Assembly: GCA_029717555.1 (NCBI GenBank)
Contig: JAMDHS010000069.1
Coordinates: 62,001 to 114,603 of the forward strand
From: Peribolospora baueri
Lineage: Eukaryota
Direction: 5' to 3'
Length of the DNA stretch: 52,603 nt
The notes under the pieces were generated by a model, which saw nothing but the letters and a program-made list of their open reading frames with translations, searched no databases and was not told the origin of the DNA. The position numbers and the translations under genes were made by a program. How positions within the stretch are numbered: the stretch's first letter is position 1; every line of letters starts with the position of its first letter. This document shows positions 24,253 through 39,174 of this stretch, piece after piece.

Positions 24253-27200
24253 TCACAGCGTGCCGAGACTGACGCTCGGAGGAGGCTGGAAGCCCTTGTC
24301 CCACTGGACGGGCTCGGGGCCGACGTCAAACTCGAGCGTCGCACCCGAGGCGATCTCGTCGTGGTAGACGAACGTCCGGTTCAGGTTCTTGCCGTTCAGT
24401 TTGACCGAGCGCACGTAGAAGCTCGTCGGCGTTAGGTTGGCTGGAAAGGAGAGGGAGGGGCGTCAACCACGCCCGCGATCCTCCACCCTTGAACCCGACG
24501 GACCGACGGCGAGCGACACTCACGAGCGCGAATGTGCAGATAGACGGGACTGGCGTTCGTATTTTCCATCTGAGCCGTCAAGAGCCGGACATCCATCGAC
24601 TTGAAGAACGGCGAGGTGAGCAGGTAAATCGGCTGCTCAGTGACCGGGTAAAGGCTGTCCGATCGATCGGAAAAACGGGAATGCTCTCCGTCAATATGCG
24701 TGCCTCCTGCTATCGCGCTCGCAGGCGGATACCGTCCGCTCACCCCATAAAGTTCCATAGCATCCACGATTGCCTGAAAAAAGACAAAACGTTCAAACTC
24801 GAGTCAGCGGGCCCCGGTCCCCCTCCCCGTTCACGTCCCCAAACCCACATGGCTCCAGCGTCCGAGTTGCCCTGGCAACGATGGAGAGAAAAAAGCCGTG
24901 TGTCAGCCTTTCAGGAAGGGCTGAGAGGAGGAATGGATAGCAGATGAGAGAACCTCACCGGAATGCCGTTGGCCTTGTCATTGTAGAACATGTTGATGAT
25001 GCCCCTCGTCTGATTGACCGAGTGCCATTGGTATCCGGGGGCGTGGTTGTACAAGAATGGCGTCAAGAAGCTCTACATCGGCGATGCGGGTAGAAGGATG
25101 GGACGATCAGCCGTGCAATGGAAAAATGGCCGCCGGATAGCGTCCCAACTCACCGGCTCATTTCCTGGGTTCATGAGCGCCGATCCGGCCGTGTTGCCCG
25201 CTCCACCGCCACTACTGTAGCCTTGGACAAAGGAAGCATCCAATCGGCGGACAAACTCTTCAGGACCGCCCATCTGAACGTGAACAGAACGCGAAGGGAA
25301 CAAGACGCAGTGTCATCCATCCGCTCCACTGTGCCACGAGCGCGCATGAGTTGACTCACCTTCTTGATGAGGGAAGCGGTGTCGTGTGGGACGTTGAAGG
25401 AGTACCTGAGCACGAGATGAAGTGGGCATCGAGTGAGTCCACGACCACAGCGTCAAAAGGCGACAAGGCAAGCGTCGACGCACTCCCAGATCAGTGCCTC
25501 ATAACTGTTGGAGACGTGAGAATGGAGTTGAGCACAGTTCGCAGCACCACCTGGGCCATTCCTGTGCCAGTTGTGGAGGCCACTTACGTATCACTCGTCC
25601 ACTCGCACAAGCCACAGTTCGTAACGTTCACCGGCGGGCTGACCCCGTCCGGGCTGGTAAAGTTCCACTTGCCATCGGCGTCGCGAGGGCAAAGGAACCC
25701 ATTGAAGCTGCCGAGGCCAGGGAGAGTGGTACTCAAGTTTCCGTTCCACATGTCTGCCACGAGGAAGAAGCGGATGTCAGCCAAAAGAAACGCACGGAGA
25801 CGAGCGTAACCGTGCTCACTTTCCCATTGACTGTCGGTCCGAACGGGAGAACACAACGGTATCAATGAGGGAAGCCAAATCCGGAGAGTCTGCCAGTGTA
25901 CCAAATATGCCGGCTCACCCGGAGCGCTTGAGGTACTTTTGCGCATCGGCAGGCTTGCCCGTACGCTTAGCAACCTGATACAGGCCAAAGTCTGTCACCG
26001 GCGGTGGGAAAGAAAGAGACACCCGTCAGGGAAAGAAAGCGTGACAGCGACTGGCCGTCAAGCACGCAGGCGTGTCGCTTACCGTTCTGTGCGTACTCCA
26101 CGACCCTCGAGACGGACCTGCTGTGGTTCCGCGTGATCCATCCGACTGAAAATTTAGGATGGAGCGCCGGAGCGAGTTAATCTCTGGTCTGCCTTCCGAA
26201 CGAGGTAAAGGGGACCGTCCTTCTCACCGTTGATCCAGTCATCCAGCGCCACTCTACCCTCAAAGTCGCCACCGTCCCAAGACAGATAGTCGGGCGTGGG
26301 ATGGGGCTGGACCTCCGCGTCTTTGACCTGTGAGTTGACATTCGGTAGATGTCGAATGTGAGCTGTCCTGTCCGTCTATATTGGCAAGGATCGACGACCC
26401 CACCAAGGCCTTCCAACCGTCGTCCCAGTTGATGTTCTTGACCTTGTCAAAGCCCTTCACATAAGCATCTACCGAAGAGGTATGGAGGCGAGAGGGGAGC
26501 CGTTAGCGTGGAGAAGAAATCATATGACGAGATGAAGAAGCGCAAACACACCGGCAAGAGTGTTGTCAGCGTTGCTGCCGCCCTGGGTCATGCCGTTCGC
26601 GTTGCCGCTCCTTCCGTCGGGGAGGTATCCGTCATGGCGCCTGGGGACGAAAGAGACGCGAAGAAGGCGTGAGCGTCCTTGCCGACCGTGCTCAACAAAA
26701 ACGAAAAGGCCATGTCACTCCTCACCAAATGTCGATGAGAGATCGAACCATGTCGACGTAGCGAGGTGTTTGCAGGAGGCCGTACATAGGGGTAAGGCAC
26801 CGGAAGATGTCCCACACTGGGTTGCAAGGAGCGAAACAGTGAAAGGGATGTCAGTGCGGTCCAGCAAAAGCTAAGCTTCGTAGCCGCTCAGATATGGCTC
26901 ACTCGTATAAAAGTCGTCGTACGACGGCTCGTTGGTCTGCCATTTCGGGTTCTCGCCCGTCCTGTCCGACGGCAAGAGGCTGGTGTAATAGAGTCCTGGC
27001 GATGGGGTGTGGACGAAGGGAAACCCGTCTAATGGAGGTTCATACTATATTTTGATCGCATGAAGACGGCTTACCGGTGTAAAGCATCCGAAGGAGGGTC
27101 TGATTTCGTTCTCCTCCGGTGGAAGGAATGATGATGGACGAGAGCACGTCGTCTGAAAGAGAGAGGAGGCACAGGCCGGGACGTCAGACGCTCGGCCTGC

Positions 27201-28795
27201 GAAACGCCTTGCAAGAGGAAACGTCTCCGCACCGTTCCACTCCTTTCGGGCGGCGGCGACGACGTCGTCGAAAGTCAAATTCTTCGGCACCTCGTCGTGA
27301 ATGAACTGGCAAGCCTTCTGCTCGCTGATAAAGCTGATACCGATCCTGCTCTCGATCATTGACGAGCTCTGGTTGCCAGACCAAGTGAACAAAGCGCCAA
27401 TGCCAGTGCCGTTGCCGTTCACCACCGTCGAAGCGGACATGTTGCCGTACTGGACCTTGGTCGGGGGCACTGGGACAGCCTGGTTGGTATTGTATGGGTA
27501 GGAGAAGACGCCGCCTTTGGAGAAGGGATTGCTGAAGTTGGCACAGAAGTGTATGCCCCACTTGCCCCTGTAGGTGCGGGCGCAGAGGAAAGGGAGACGT
27601 CATTGAGCAAGTCATTCCCAACACGACCTGTAGATAGCAACCCCTGTCGAGCTACCCACTCCCTGTTCCAGCCTCCGTCATATTGAGCAGAACCATAGTA
27701 AGAGGAGTTGTCCTCGGCAATATGGACCGAGCCGCCCCTGAAGTGCTGCGAATAGTTGGAGCCTGCACGCCGGTGCGAGGAAAGGTCGTTTCAGCTACCG
27801 TCCAACGCCGATCGAGGTATCCTCCACTAGACGACCGGGAAGGGGCTCACTGAAGTCAGGAAGGACATGAGACAAGTCGACGAGGATGTGCTTGTCTCCT
27901 CCAGGATAGCGGTAGTTGGCGATGCCAGAATGCCTTGCAGCGGTCAAGTCAAGGGAGACGCCGTTGGTCAAGTTGGTTTGCCAGTGCCCGACAGACGCCT
28001 TATCGGACGCGCGGGGCTGCTGGTAGGTAAAGTTGTTGGCCACTGGTCGAAAACGAGATCCCGGTGAGATGTTCACGTCTCGCAGCATGTACAAAGGTCG
28101 GGCCAATGGACTCACCGTTGATCCCCTGAGCTTCCAGGTCGCCGGTTAGAGGCATCTGACTGACCACACCGTACTTGGGCTCGCCGCCGGTGCCAGATTC
28201 GTGCATCATCGATATTCCAGTGAGATTGCCAAGCGGCGTGCTGAGAAAAGGATCGGTCGGTCGTAAGTGATACGGCTATGCCACCAACAGAATTAGAGAA
28301 GGGACACTTGCTATCCTCCGTTATTACCGGCGGCAGGGGGATCGAGCCACACGGCTTGGGTGTCGATGCCCATCTTGACGACGCCAAAGGGAACCGCTGC
28401 GCCTGGGAAGACGTTTCCAGAAGCCATGGAAGACTGAATGTTGAGGGAAAAAGACGGTGAGATCAAGCGTGCACAAAGACGCTCAAACGAGGAGAGCAGG
28501 ACGGGGAATGAAGCTGAGCTCACGTTGGCGATGGCACCTTGCGTACCCTGTCGTGGCGACATGCGTGCAGAGCAGGAAAGCTGGTGAGCAGACCGAGGGG
28601 AGAGAAGATCCCCCAGATAGGAGCGAGTGTCCCAGATGAGCCACTCACGATGAGAAGGTCTACATATTTGGTCAAATCCTCTGACGAATCTCCGGTGCTG
28701 GCTCTTATGGAAAGGGGGCTAGCCAACACGGACGTTTGAAGCGCTGCATCGCACAAGGCGAGAGCGAGAAGAGACTGGAGGAACCTCTTTCCCAT
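24253..28795 (-). CDS. Secreted alpha-1,2-mannosidase, glycoside hydrolase family 92, about 20 exons
   Basis: Signal peptide MGKRFLQSLLALALCDA; SGNVFPGAAVPFGVVKMGIDT; MMHESGTGGEPKYGVVSQMPL; ESRIGISFISEQKAC; GYLPDGRSGNANGMTQGGSNADN; NPGNEP; GNSDAGAM; ends PPPSVSLGTL*. Confidence 0.94.
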
Positions 28796-29897
28796 CTTGA
28801 TCGCGAGCTCCAAGTCGACGCACGTAGGGGTATGTCGGCGAGGCGGTCAAGGGGAGGAGCTCCATGGCGGTCCTTTATACGCGTCTGTCTGCCTTCGCAC
28901 TAGAAGGAAGAGGAACCTGGATCGGCAAGCGCCTGTGCCGCGTGGGGGTGCAGAGGAGATGCAAAGTGAGCTCCTTAGTCTCAGTGAGTCGGATTCACGA
29001 ATGACGGGTGCGGGGCCAAGGGAGAAAGATTGCCAAATCGATGGCGTACTCGAACGTGCCGGCCAGTCTAAGTGGTCTCTGAGAAGCCGGCGGTGAGACG
29101 ACCTCGGCTCGTGTAACGCCATCCCCCGCCCAACTCTAAGCGATCTCAGCGGACACAGAGTGTCCGAGCCAATCCAAGCGAATGGAAGCGGCGGGACATA
29201 CATTAAGTAGCAAGTCAAGACGGTGGTGTTCTTCTTGTCCAGCGGAGAGTCGGCCGCCGGCATGGCAGCCTGGTCAGAACTCTTCCGTGCGCCAAGTGAG
29301 ACACCGGGGCTCCGCCGCCGGATATAGCAAACGGGCGTCCCCACGAGAATGACGCCGAGACCGATGTTGGACCTGCCTGCTGCTAGACCAGGTAGGTGGA
29401 GGAGAACGATGGCGCGTAACGGTCTCAGATTTCAGGGACGCTCAGCCGGCCGACCGGACCGGTGACGACGGAGGAACAGCACGGCGTTGCACGACCATGG
29501 AGGCGGCAAAGGCGGCGGTCGAGATGGGCCGCTTTGTGGTGGGCGAGTGGAGGACCGGCCCATCATCCGCGTTGGCCCACTTCATCGTCTTCCTCCAAGC
29601 TGCCGGTCCGGTGTGCCTTGGATCTGGTTGCACGCGGTGTCGAAGCATTTCTGTCTGAGGAGGCCGCGTCTGGACGCTGGACAAAAAAGAGGAAGGACCA
29701 GGCGGAGGAGACACCTCCGTATCTTCCAGACCAGCACGTGCAAAACTCTCACCCGGCCTTAGTTTTAGCCGCCCCTTATTTGGACAGCTTGGGACTTGAA
29801 ACTGAACCAGCCGTTCCTACCACTGCCTGAGCCGTCGCCGCTCCCGCTTGTCCAGGACCGTCAAATTGGACTTTCCAAAGAGAAACGAGGTGAGGTA

Positions 29898-30020
29898 TGC
29901 CAGGGCGTCCGAGCCACACAAGGCCAAGGCCTGACGCCGGACAAGAGTGTATGCTTTCACGCCAGGGGTCAGGACATCCGCCCCTTCATCGGCCAGACCA
30001 CGTTCAGCCAGTACACCGTT
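29898..30020 (+). pseudogene. Isolated fragment of class III alcohol dehydrogenase (glutathione-dependent formaldehyde dehydrogenase)
   Basis: CQGVRATQGQGLTPDKSVCFHARGQDIRPFIGQTTFSQYTV resembles the ADH-III segment C..VRATQG.G.MPDGTSRF...G..I.HFMGTSTFSQYTV. No other ADH exons are recognisable nearby. Confidence 0.7.
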
Positions 30021-31233
30021 GAGCTGGGCGATCTTCGTTCCGCTTCGGGCGAAAAGGTTCGGAAGCGAAAGAACTGAATGCCGCTGGTTTCCCCTTTTGC
30101 TCGCTCCTCCGTCTTTACAGCATTCATCGAACCCGCCGTCTCTCAGTGGTCTGTCGCGATAGGGAGAGAGAGTCGATTAAGTGGGAAAGCAGAGAGAGTC
30201 GATCAAGTTCGGGCGGGAAAGGAGAGGAGAGTAGAAAGAGAAGGGACGTCGACGAGAAAGAGACAGCAGGCAAGCAAACCAAAAAACAACCTATATAATC
30301 CAGACTCAAGCTTCATCGACCGCACTCCTACGGCTCGACGGGACGTAGACACGGCCATGGAGCTCGCGAACGTTAAGTGACTGCTCAAGCTTGTACATCC
30401 CGACAAGTACATACGGATATTTGTCGAGACTAGACGTGTCTCGGCGTGTGCTGTGTGTTGTGTTGTGTCTCTCATCACTTTGCATTTACCCATCTTTTGA
30501 ACAGCGCCGGCGTTACCTCGGCGGACGGTTCTGATGCGGCTTGGGCCAATCACCTCAGCGCCCAAGTCTCCCAACTACAGGATTGGTCTTCATCAGCGCC
30601 GCCACGCCCCTGTGGAATTCCATGGCCGAGCGTTTTGCCCACGACCCCCGTTGTGGCGACGAACACAATCACGACCAGGACTGAACGTGAGTTGACCAAG
30701 TCTACGACCGAGATGGTTCCCGCTGATTAAAAGGGGGATGATCAAGACACGTACATCAGTAATTGGGTTCGATGACGGATCAAGCGTCGGTGAAGCCGTC
30801 TGAAAACGGAAGAGAGCAAAGGACTCATTGGTCAATGTCACGTCATACGGTCGCAACTTGCAGCCGATGGTCATGATGTCTGTCGTCTTTACCATAGCCT
30901 ACAGGACGTGTTCGCCGAGCATCTTGACCTGGAGCGCGAGTTTCCGACCTCAGTCAAGGTAAAATACGCAAGACATCTGCCATGCTCGTTTCTGCACAGG
31001 GTTAGAAAAAATTGCGTCCGTCATGTCTTTTGATGTTCATCTGTTGTAGCCCTCCGATAAAATAGGGCGTCGGCGTGTCAGGGCCCTACAAAGCCATACA
31101 TCTGAATTTTGTTCTAATTTCAGGTTTCGACAGGTTTGGCTTTCAGAAGGTTTGACTTTCGATCGGGTTCGGTTATGATGCGCGAGAAGGAAGGACGACA
31201 GAGGAAAAAGGAGGAGGAGAGGCGACGTTCGCG

Positions 31234-32512
31234 TCAGCCCCAGATGCGCTCAGCCGTGCGCGCGACGAGGCGGAGCTTGTTCTCCATATCGGCCTCTACG
31301 ATGGCGTTGCCCTCGCAGTGCGACCCAAAACCGCACTGAGGGGAGATGCAGATGCGGTCCAGAGCTTGCTCCAAGGTCTCGCCAGTGCTGGAGGCCATAA
31401 TCTTCGCCGCTTCCTTGACCATTTCAGCGAGTACCTTTGGGTCTTCGAGGTGGCCAAGCTTGGAGGAAACGAGTCCGAGGACGACGTTTTTGTGGACGGG
31501 GATGTGCTTGAGGGGCTCAAAGGTGCCGGCGCGAGCGGTGTCGTACTCCAAGTAGAATGTCTGATAGACGGTCTGGTTGAAGAGCTTAACGGCGATCCTG
31601 TCGTAGCCGCCTTCGGAGAAGTGATGTCCGCCGCGGAAGTTGCCTCTGCAAAGATGCACTCCGCAATGCATGTCTGGAGGAATGTCGCGGATGCAAGCAT
31701 TGTGAAGGGCGATGTAAGCGTCGAGCATGGCGCCGTGGTCGATCTGGCGCTTGTCCATCTCGGATATCATGCTCTCTGAGCAGAAGTAGGTGAGCCAGGG
31801 GTCGTCGATCTGGATGTTGCGGCAACCGGCCGAGTAGAGGTCCGCGATCTCTTCGCGGTAGCACTTGGCAACGTCGGAGAAGAAATCATCGTCGTTCCCG
31901 TACGCTTCGGCGGTATAAGCGTACTTGCTCGAGTAACGGAGATGATAAATCTCGGGGGCAACCAAAGTGAGTTTGATGTTCTTGACCTCTTCAGGGGCGA
32001 CGAGGGACTTGAGGTAGAGGAACTCGCGGTAGTAAAGCGAGTGGCCCTTGCGCTCGAGCTTGCCGGTGCAGATCCATGCGAGGGCCGAGTGGAAGTCCAT
32101 GGCCACGAGGTTTCTGCGAACGTGAGAGAAAAAGGGGTGAGAAGTTGCGAAGAAAGATGGGCGAGCGGGGTTAGTGAATGAAATGAGCCAGGCTCAACTT
32201 GAGACCGGGGATATATGACATAAAGACCTCGGGTTCCGCAAAGTAGTCGCATGTCATGCCGTGCAAGTTCTGGAAGAAGCCTTCATAAAAGATGCGCCTC
32301 CTGTACTCTCCGTCGGTGAGGGATTTGAAGCCGATGGCCCTCTGTAGCTCGACTGCATGTATGATTGCCTCGTCTTCGACCTTGGAGAGGCCCTGCTCGT
32401 CGAGTTGGCCGCTTTCAAACTGGGAACGCGCCTCGAGGAGGCGAGTGGGGCGGAGGAGGGAGCCGATATGCTCGGCGCGGAAGGGCGGGTTTTGCGGGCG
32501 CGGGGAAGACAT
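31234..32512 (-). CDS. Cobalamin-independent methionine synthase-like protein (single-barrel MetE C-terminal/Meth_synt_2, YxjH-like), 2 exons
   Basis: PPFRAEHIGSLLRP, TDGEYRR, GCRNIQIDDP, GVHLCRGN, YLEYDTARAGTFEPL, VVLGLVSSK, ISPQCGFGS (Zn ligands H-x-C, E, C). One intron at about 32114-32199 with a CTAAC branch point. Confidence 0.92.
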
Positions 32513-33733
32513 GGAGAAGGAGATGAAATGGCGGGGGTGGGGAAGAGGACATGTTGGACCTGATGTAAATCACTCCTACTTATATTATTTTAACCGGCAG
32601 CTGTCGATGCCCCGCCTCGACCGCACTAACGGGGCCGAGCGAGGAGACCAACGCAGAGAGAGAGCACCATTGCGATGTCGCCGGACGGCTCGGCCTCCAC
32701 CTTGAACTGCTCGTCACCTGCACGTCGGCGACAGCTCAATCTTTCCTGACGGGTCGTAGGACGTGTGATTAGTGGAGGCGAGAGGAGGACTTTGGGTGGA
32801 AGATGAAACAGCTGGCGGTGGCGATGGTGATGCGAAACGGGGAAGGAGACTCTTGCAAGGTCTTTGTGTAAAGATCAGCTTGTCCGCCCAGTGACGGATC
32901 CCGCACGAACGCACAGCGCGGCCCTACGTGATGGGCCACATGGCTGGGCTGCACACCCCACCCGCTTGGGCCTAATCAGCAAATCAAGACGTAAAGCCAC
33001 ATGTGCCACATTGGCGATGTATCCACTGTCTTCCTCGCGCTAATGGAAGTCAAAATGCGTACGTATTACGGTGCTTGCAGCTTGTAGAGCGATAGCGATG
33101 CTAATGGTGCCGCGGTGACGCTATCTGTCCCTCGTGGAAGTGGAAGTGGACGTAAGAAATAGTAGACAATGTCGCATCCCACGCATCTGTAAAAGCTGGG
33201 ATTCCGCAGCAGGCGGCACGTGCGACGACGTCCTAATCCTCAGCACACCGTAGTCGAACACACTTGGCCGCCACCAGTAAGGAATTTGTCCCCTGCATTC
33301 GTTTTCTATAATTCTCGAAGAGGTTAGCTTTCCAAATTTCAAGACGGTCAAAGTTACTCTGTGACCAGCCGCTTATTCTCCTCGTCCCAGCAGGCAGACC
33401 AGAGCAAGCGCGAAAACGGAGGGAACGTCTCGTGGAGCTAGGGTGCTGGGATTAGGGTGGAAGTGGGCACGTACGTGACCGTCCCTGGAGACCGCGGACG
33501 AGGTTTCTGATCATCCATTACTTGCACATCGTGACTGCCGCCCCTGGAAGCCGGTGGGAGGGGATCGCCGAAACTGGTCACGTGGTCGGTCTCGGCAATC
33601 TCCCCCTCCCGATCGCTTGCAGTTAACCGACACAACCCAAATAAATAATTATAACTGCATCCTTCGTCCATCTTCCCACCGTCATCCTCCATTCCTTGCG
33701 CTCGCTCCTACTGGCGGTAATTTTGCGTTCACC

Positions 33734-36287
33734 ATGACAGACTCCCACCCCTCGTCTCGTCCTCACCCCACCTCTCGTTCCCCCCCCGCCTCGCGCCACG
33801 GCACCCACCCACTCCCTTCGCCTACCCTTACGCCCACTCGCCCACCTCTAGATGAGCCCGACCGCCCGTTCCCGGACCGCCAGTCTCGTCGTCATTCGCG
33901 CACCTCTTCCGCGCGCTCATCATTTACTGCTTATGGCCGTCGGCGTTCCAGCGCATCAGCGACGCTCGCAGACGTAGCGGCGAGGCTCGGCGGACTTGCA
34001 CCGCTCTCCGGTCTCACTACAGCCGACAGCGAGGCGGTCGTCTCGGACGAGGAGGACGAGGAGGACGGGTGGCCCAACGAGCTCTTTCTTGGTCTCGATT
34101 GCTCAACCCAGGCGCTCAAGGCGTCTGCCATCGACGATGCTTTGCAAAGCGTGGCCGAGATCGAGGTTCGCTTCGATAGGGACCTTCCCGAGTTCAAGTG
34201 GGTCCCGCCTATCTCTGTCACGCTCGACTGTTTCTCTGACCGGACCCTCCTTTCACGCAGGACCGAAGACGGCGTGCACATGGGACCTCCGGGGAGTGGA
34301 CTGGTGATGGGACCGGTGATGATGTACCTCAAGGCCATCGACCTCCTCTTCGACCGCATGCTTCGGGCCGGTTGGGCCATGTCCGACTTTCGAGCCGTCT
34401 CCGGGGCCGGTCAGGTAGGTCTTTCGATGTCATGGTAGGCATCCAGGTACCCTTGACTCATTTTACTTTAACCCCTTTTTTTTGCTCCAGCAACACGCCT
34501 CCGTTTACTGGTCTTCCAAAGCTCCCTCCCTGCTCTCCAACCTCTCTCCCAGGAAGCCGCTGCACGCCCAGCTCTCTGAGGCCTTCTCCCGCGCGGACGT
34601 GCCCAACTGGCAAGACGCTTCCACCGTCGCCCAATGCGCTGCCATGGAGGAGCACGTTGGCGGCCCGGAGGCACTGGCGCAGATCACTGGTTCGCGCGCC
34701 CACACGCGGTTCACGGGCCCACAGGTGATGAGGATCAGAGAGCAAGAGCCGGAGGCGTACAAGGCAACTCACAGGGTCAGCCTGGTCAGCTCGTTCCTCA
34801 CCACCATCTTTGCCGGCGGCGTCGACGGCGAGATCGCTCCGCTGGACGAGTCGGACGCTGCTGGTATGAACCTGTGGGACATGCGCGGAAAGCGCGGTTG
34901 GAACAAAGACTTGCTGGATATCGTCAGTGGTGGCAATGCCAAGGAGCTGGAGAAGAAGCTGGGAGAACCGGAGAGGGATGGAGGAAAGGTTGTCGGCAGG
35001 CTTAGGAGGTGGTTCGTCGAGAGGTATGGAATGAGAGAGGGTGAGTCCGACGCACAGAATCTAGATATGTGATCCCGGTAACGCGTTAAGAGTGCTCATA
35101 GACACATTCCCATATCCCCTAGCCAGACTGTATCGTCTGTACCTTCACCGGCGACAACCCGGCCACGTTCCTTAGCCAAAGCTTGGCCACACGAGAGGGA
35201 ATCGTTTCCTTGGGCACCTCCGATACTGTTCTCCTATCCCTGACGTCGTATGTGAGTGTCGCGTCTAGAGCGGGCGTCGCTCTCGCTCTCATCCCGTCTG
35301 ACTGGTCCCTCCTCTTTCAGAGCCCCCACCCCGAATATCACATCTTTCCTCACCCCGCCCGCAAGCCAGGAGATGAGCCGACGTACATGGCCATGCTATG
35401 CTATAAAAAGTGAGTCCACCGTCCGCTGCCGCTTTTGCCATCGTTACAGTGCTCATTTCCCGTCGGTACGTCCAGCGGATCGCTCGCGCGCGAGTGGGTG
35501 AGGAACAGGTACTTTGAATCGGACTGGACAAAGTTCGACGCCGGCGTGCGCACCGCTCTTGATGCCTCCATCTTGAAGAAGACCGGCACGGGGTTTTACT
35601 TTCTCAAGCCCGAGATCATTCCGTCCGGCGCCGTTGGCGTTCATCGCTTCTCCCGCGCCGGTGAGCCGGTCGAAGAGTTTTCGCAAGATGCTGCAAAGGA
35701 GAACGCGCTCGCCATCCTCCGCAGTCAGTTCTCGTCCTTCCGCGTGCGCTCGTCCAAACTTCTTCAGAGCTCGTACGACAAGCCCAACCTCAAGGCCGTC
35801 GTCGCGGTGGGCGGAAGTGCGAAAAATAAGACCATCCTCGGCGTCCTCTCGGACATGCTCGGCTCTCCCGTCTTTGACGTCGACGTGGCCGCCATGTCCG
35901 CTTCCATTGACGGCGCCGGCGTTCAATCCGACGGTAGCGGCAATAGCCCTGCTGCCAAGCCGCGTCTTCCCGCTCGTCCATCGACCGTAAAGTACGTCCA
36001 GCACATCGTCAGATGTCTGTTTCGGTTGCCTCTGATTCTCATTCTCGCTCATTCCTCCCGTTCGCAGCTCCTGTTCCTTTGGCGCGGCCATGAAAGCCGC
36101 CTGGTGCTACGTCCGCCACGTCGAGAAGCGCAAGGTGTTGTATGACGACTTTGTCAAGGAGATGGCGGAACGCACGCGCAAGCTCGCCGCGAAACCCAAC
36201 ATGGATAGATTCGGCGAGTTTGGGTCCAGGCTGGAGGAGTGGGAGGCATTGGAAGGAGTTATGCTTGATGGGAGCCGAGGAACGTAG
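33734..36287 (+). CDS. XKS1: Xylulose kinase (FGGY carbohydrate kinase family), multi-exon
   Basis: LFLGLDCSTQALKA; AVSGAGQ|QHASVYW; PNWQDAST; ITGSRAHTRFTGPQ; SLVSSFLTT; DESDAAGMNLWD; FTGDNPAT; SLGTSDT; YMAMLCYK|.GSLARE; VGGSAKN. Confidence 0.95.
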
Positions 36288-36422
36288 GTGGGACATGATG
36301 GACGACGGCAACGGCGCAACGCGCTGCTTGACAATGACAGTGATCGATTGGTAAACGATACCTTCAGATGTGAACGAGCGAAACGTACATATGCATATAT
36401 ACAAGAAGGCTGGCCACCATCA

Positions 36423-38354
<1,932 letters not shown>

Positions 38355-39174
38355 GGCTGAATGGTGGTGGAGTCGACGTGATCGAGAGCGTGTGCGAAGA
38401 CGTTGGAGCGATGTTTGTGTTGCGGCAGTCCCGGAGGGCCGTCGATTCCCGCTCTCGTCCGCTCGTCCTCCCACGAGTCGATCGTGTTTCCGGCGGTTCC
38501 TCCTCACTACGACGGACTGACGGCTGGGTGTCCTAACTAATCGGTACCCAAGGCCATACGTCCATCCATGTTCGACACTGTGCCGTGGAGATGCAGCTCA
38601 CCGTGCACTTCCACGCATGTCGCAAGCCGCCGTCGTGTCCATGATCCATTCTCGCATAAGATTGTGCGCTCACTTGTTGCGCGGAAGGAACAGTGGCCGT
38701 GCTTCAAGACGTTTACGTGATTTCTTAGCTTCTTGCTGGCTCCCCGGCCTCGCGCCGATATCGCAACGTACACGCCTAGTGCTCTATTCTTGCCACCCGC
38801 GCCGCCTGCGCCATTAACTTTCTATCCAATTTCCTCAACGTCTTCACAGGCATTGGCCTCCCAGTACCCCATGGGGCAGTACATCGTTTAGGGCAAAAAA
38901 GGCTTTCATTCATGCATCTGGCCAACGGCGCGGCCTGCTGTTCCACAACGGCTTCACACCCTATACCTCTTCTTGTAAACTTCGCCAGCACACGAGGCGT
39001 CCTTTCCCGCTGTCAGACCTTGTTGACTAGATATCTCTGCTCTGGGGCCTTCATCCGGATAATTCTTGCCTCCTTAACCGTGTTCTCCCGGATTCCAATT
39101 CCTCGCGCTTCGAGCAGGTCCTTCCCCGCCAGAATCTTCAGCACCAGTCCGCCATCATCTTTTCCACTCCCAAC

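Noticed and set aside
38537..39170. Stop-interrupted minus frames beyond the GMC C-terminus as a transposase
   Set aside because: No DDE, RT or other mobile-element motif could be recognised.
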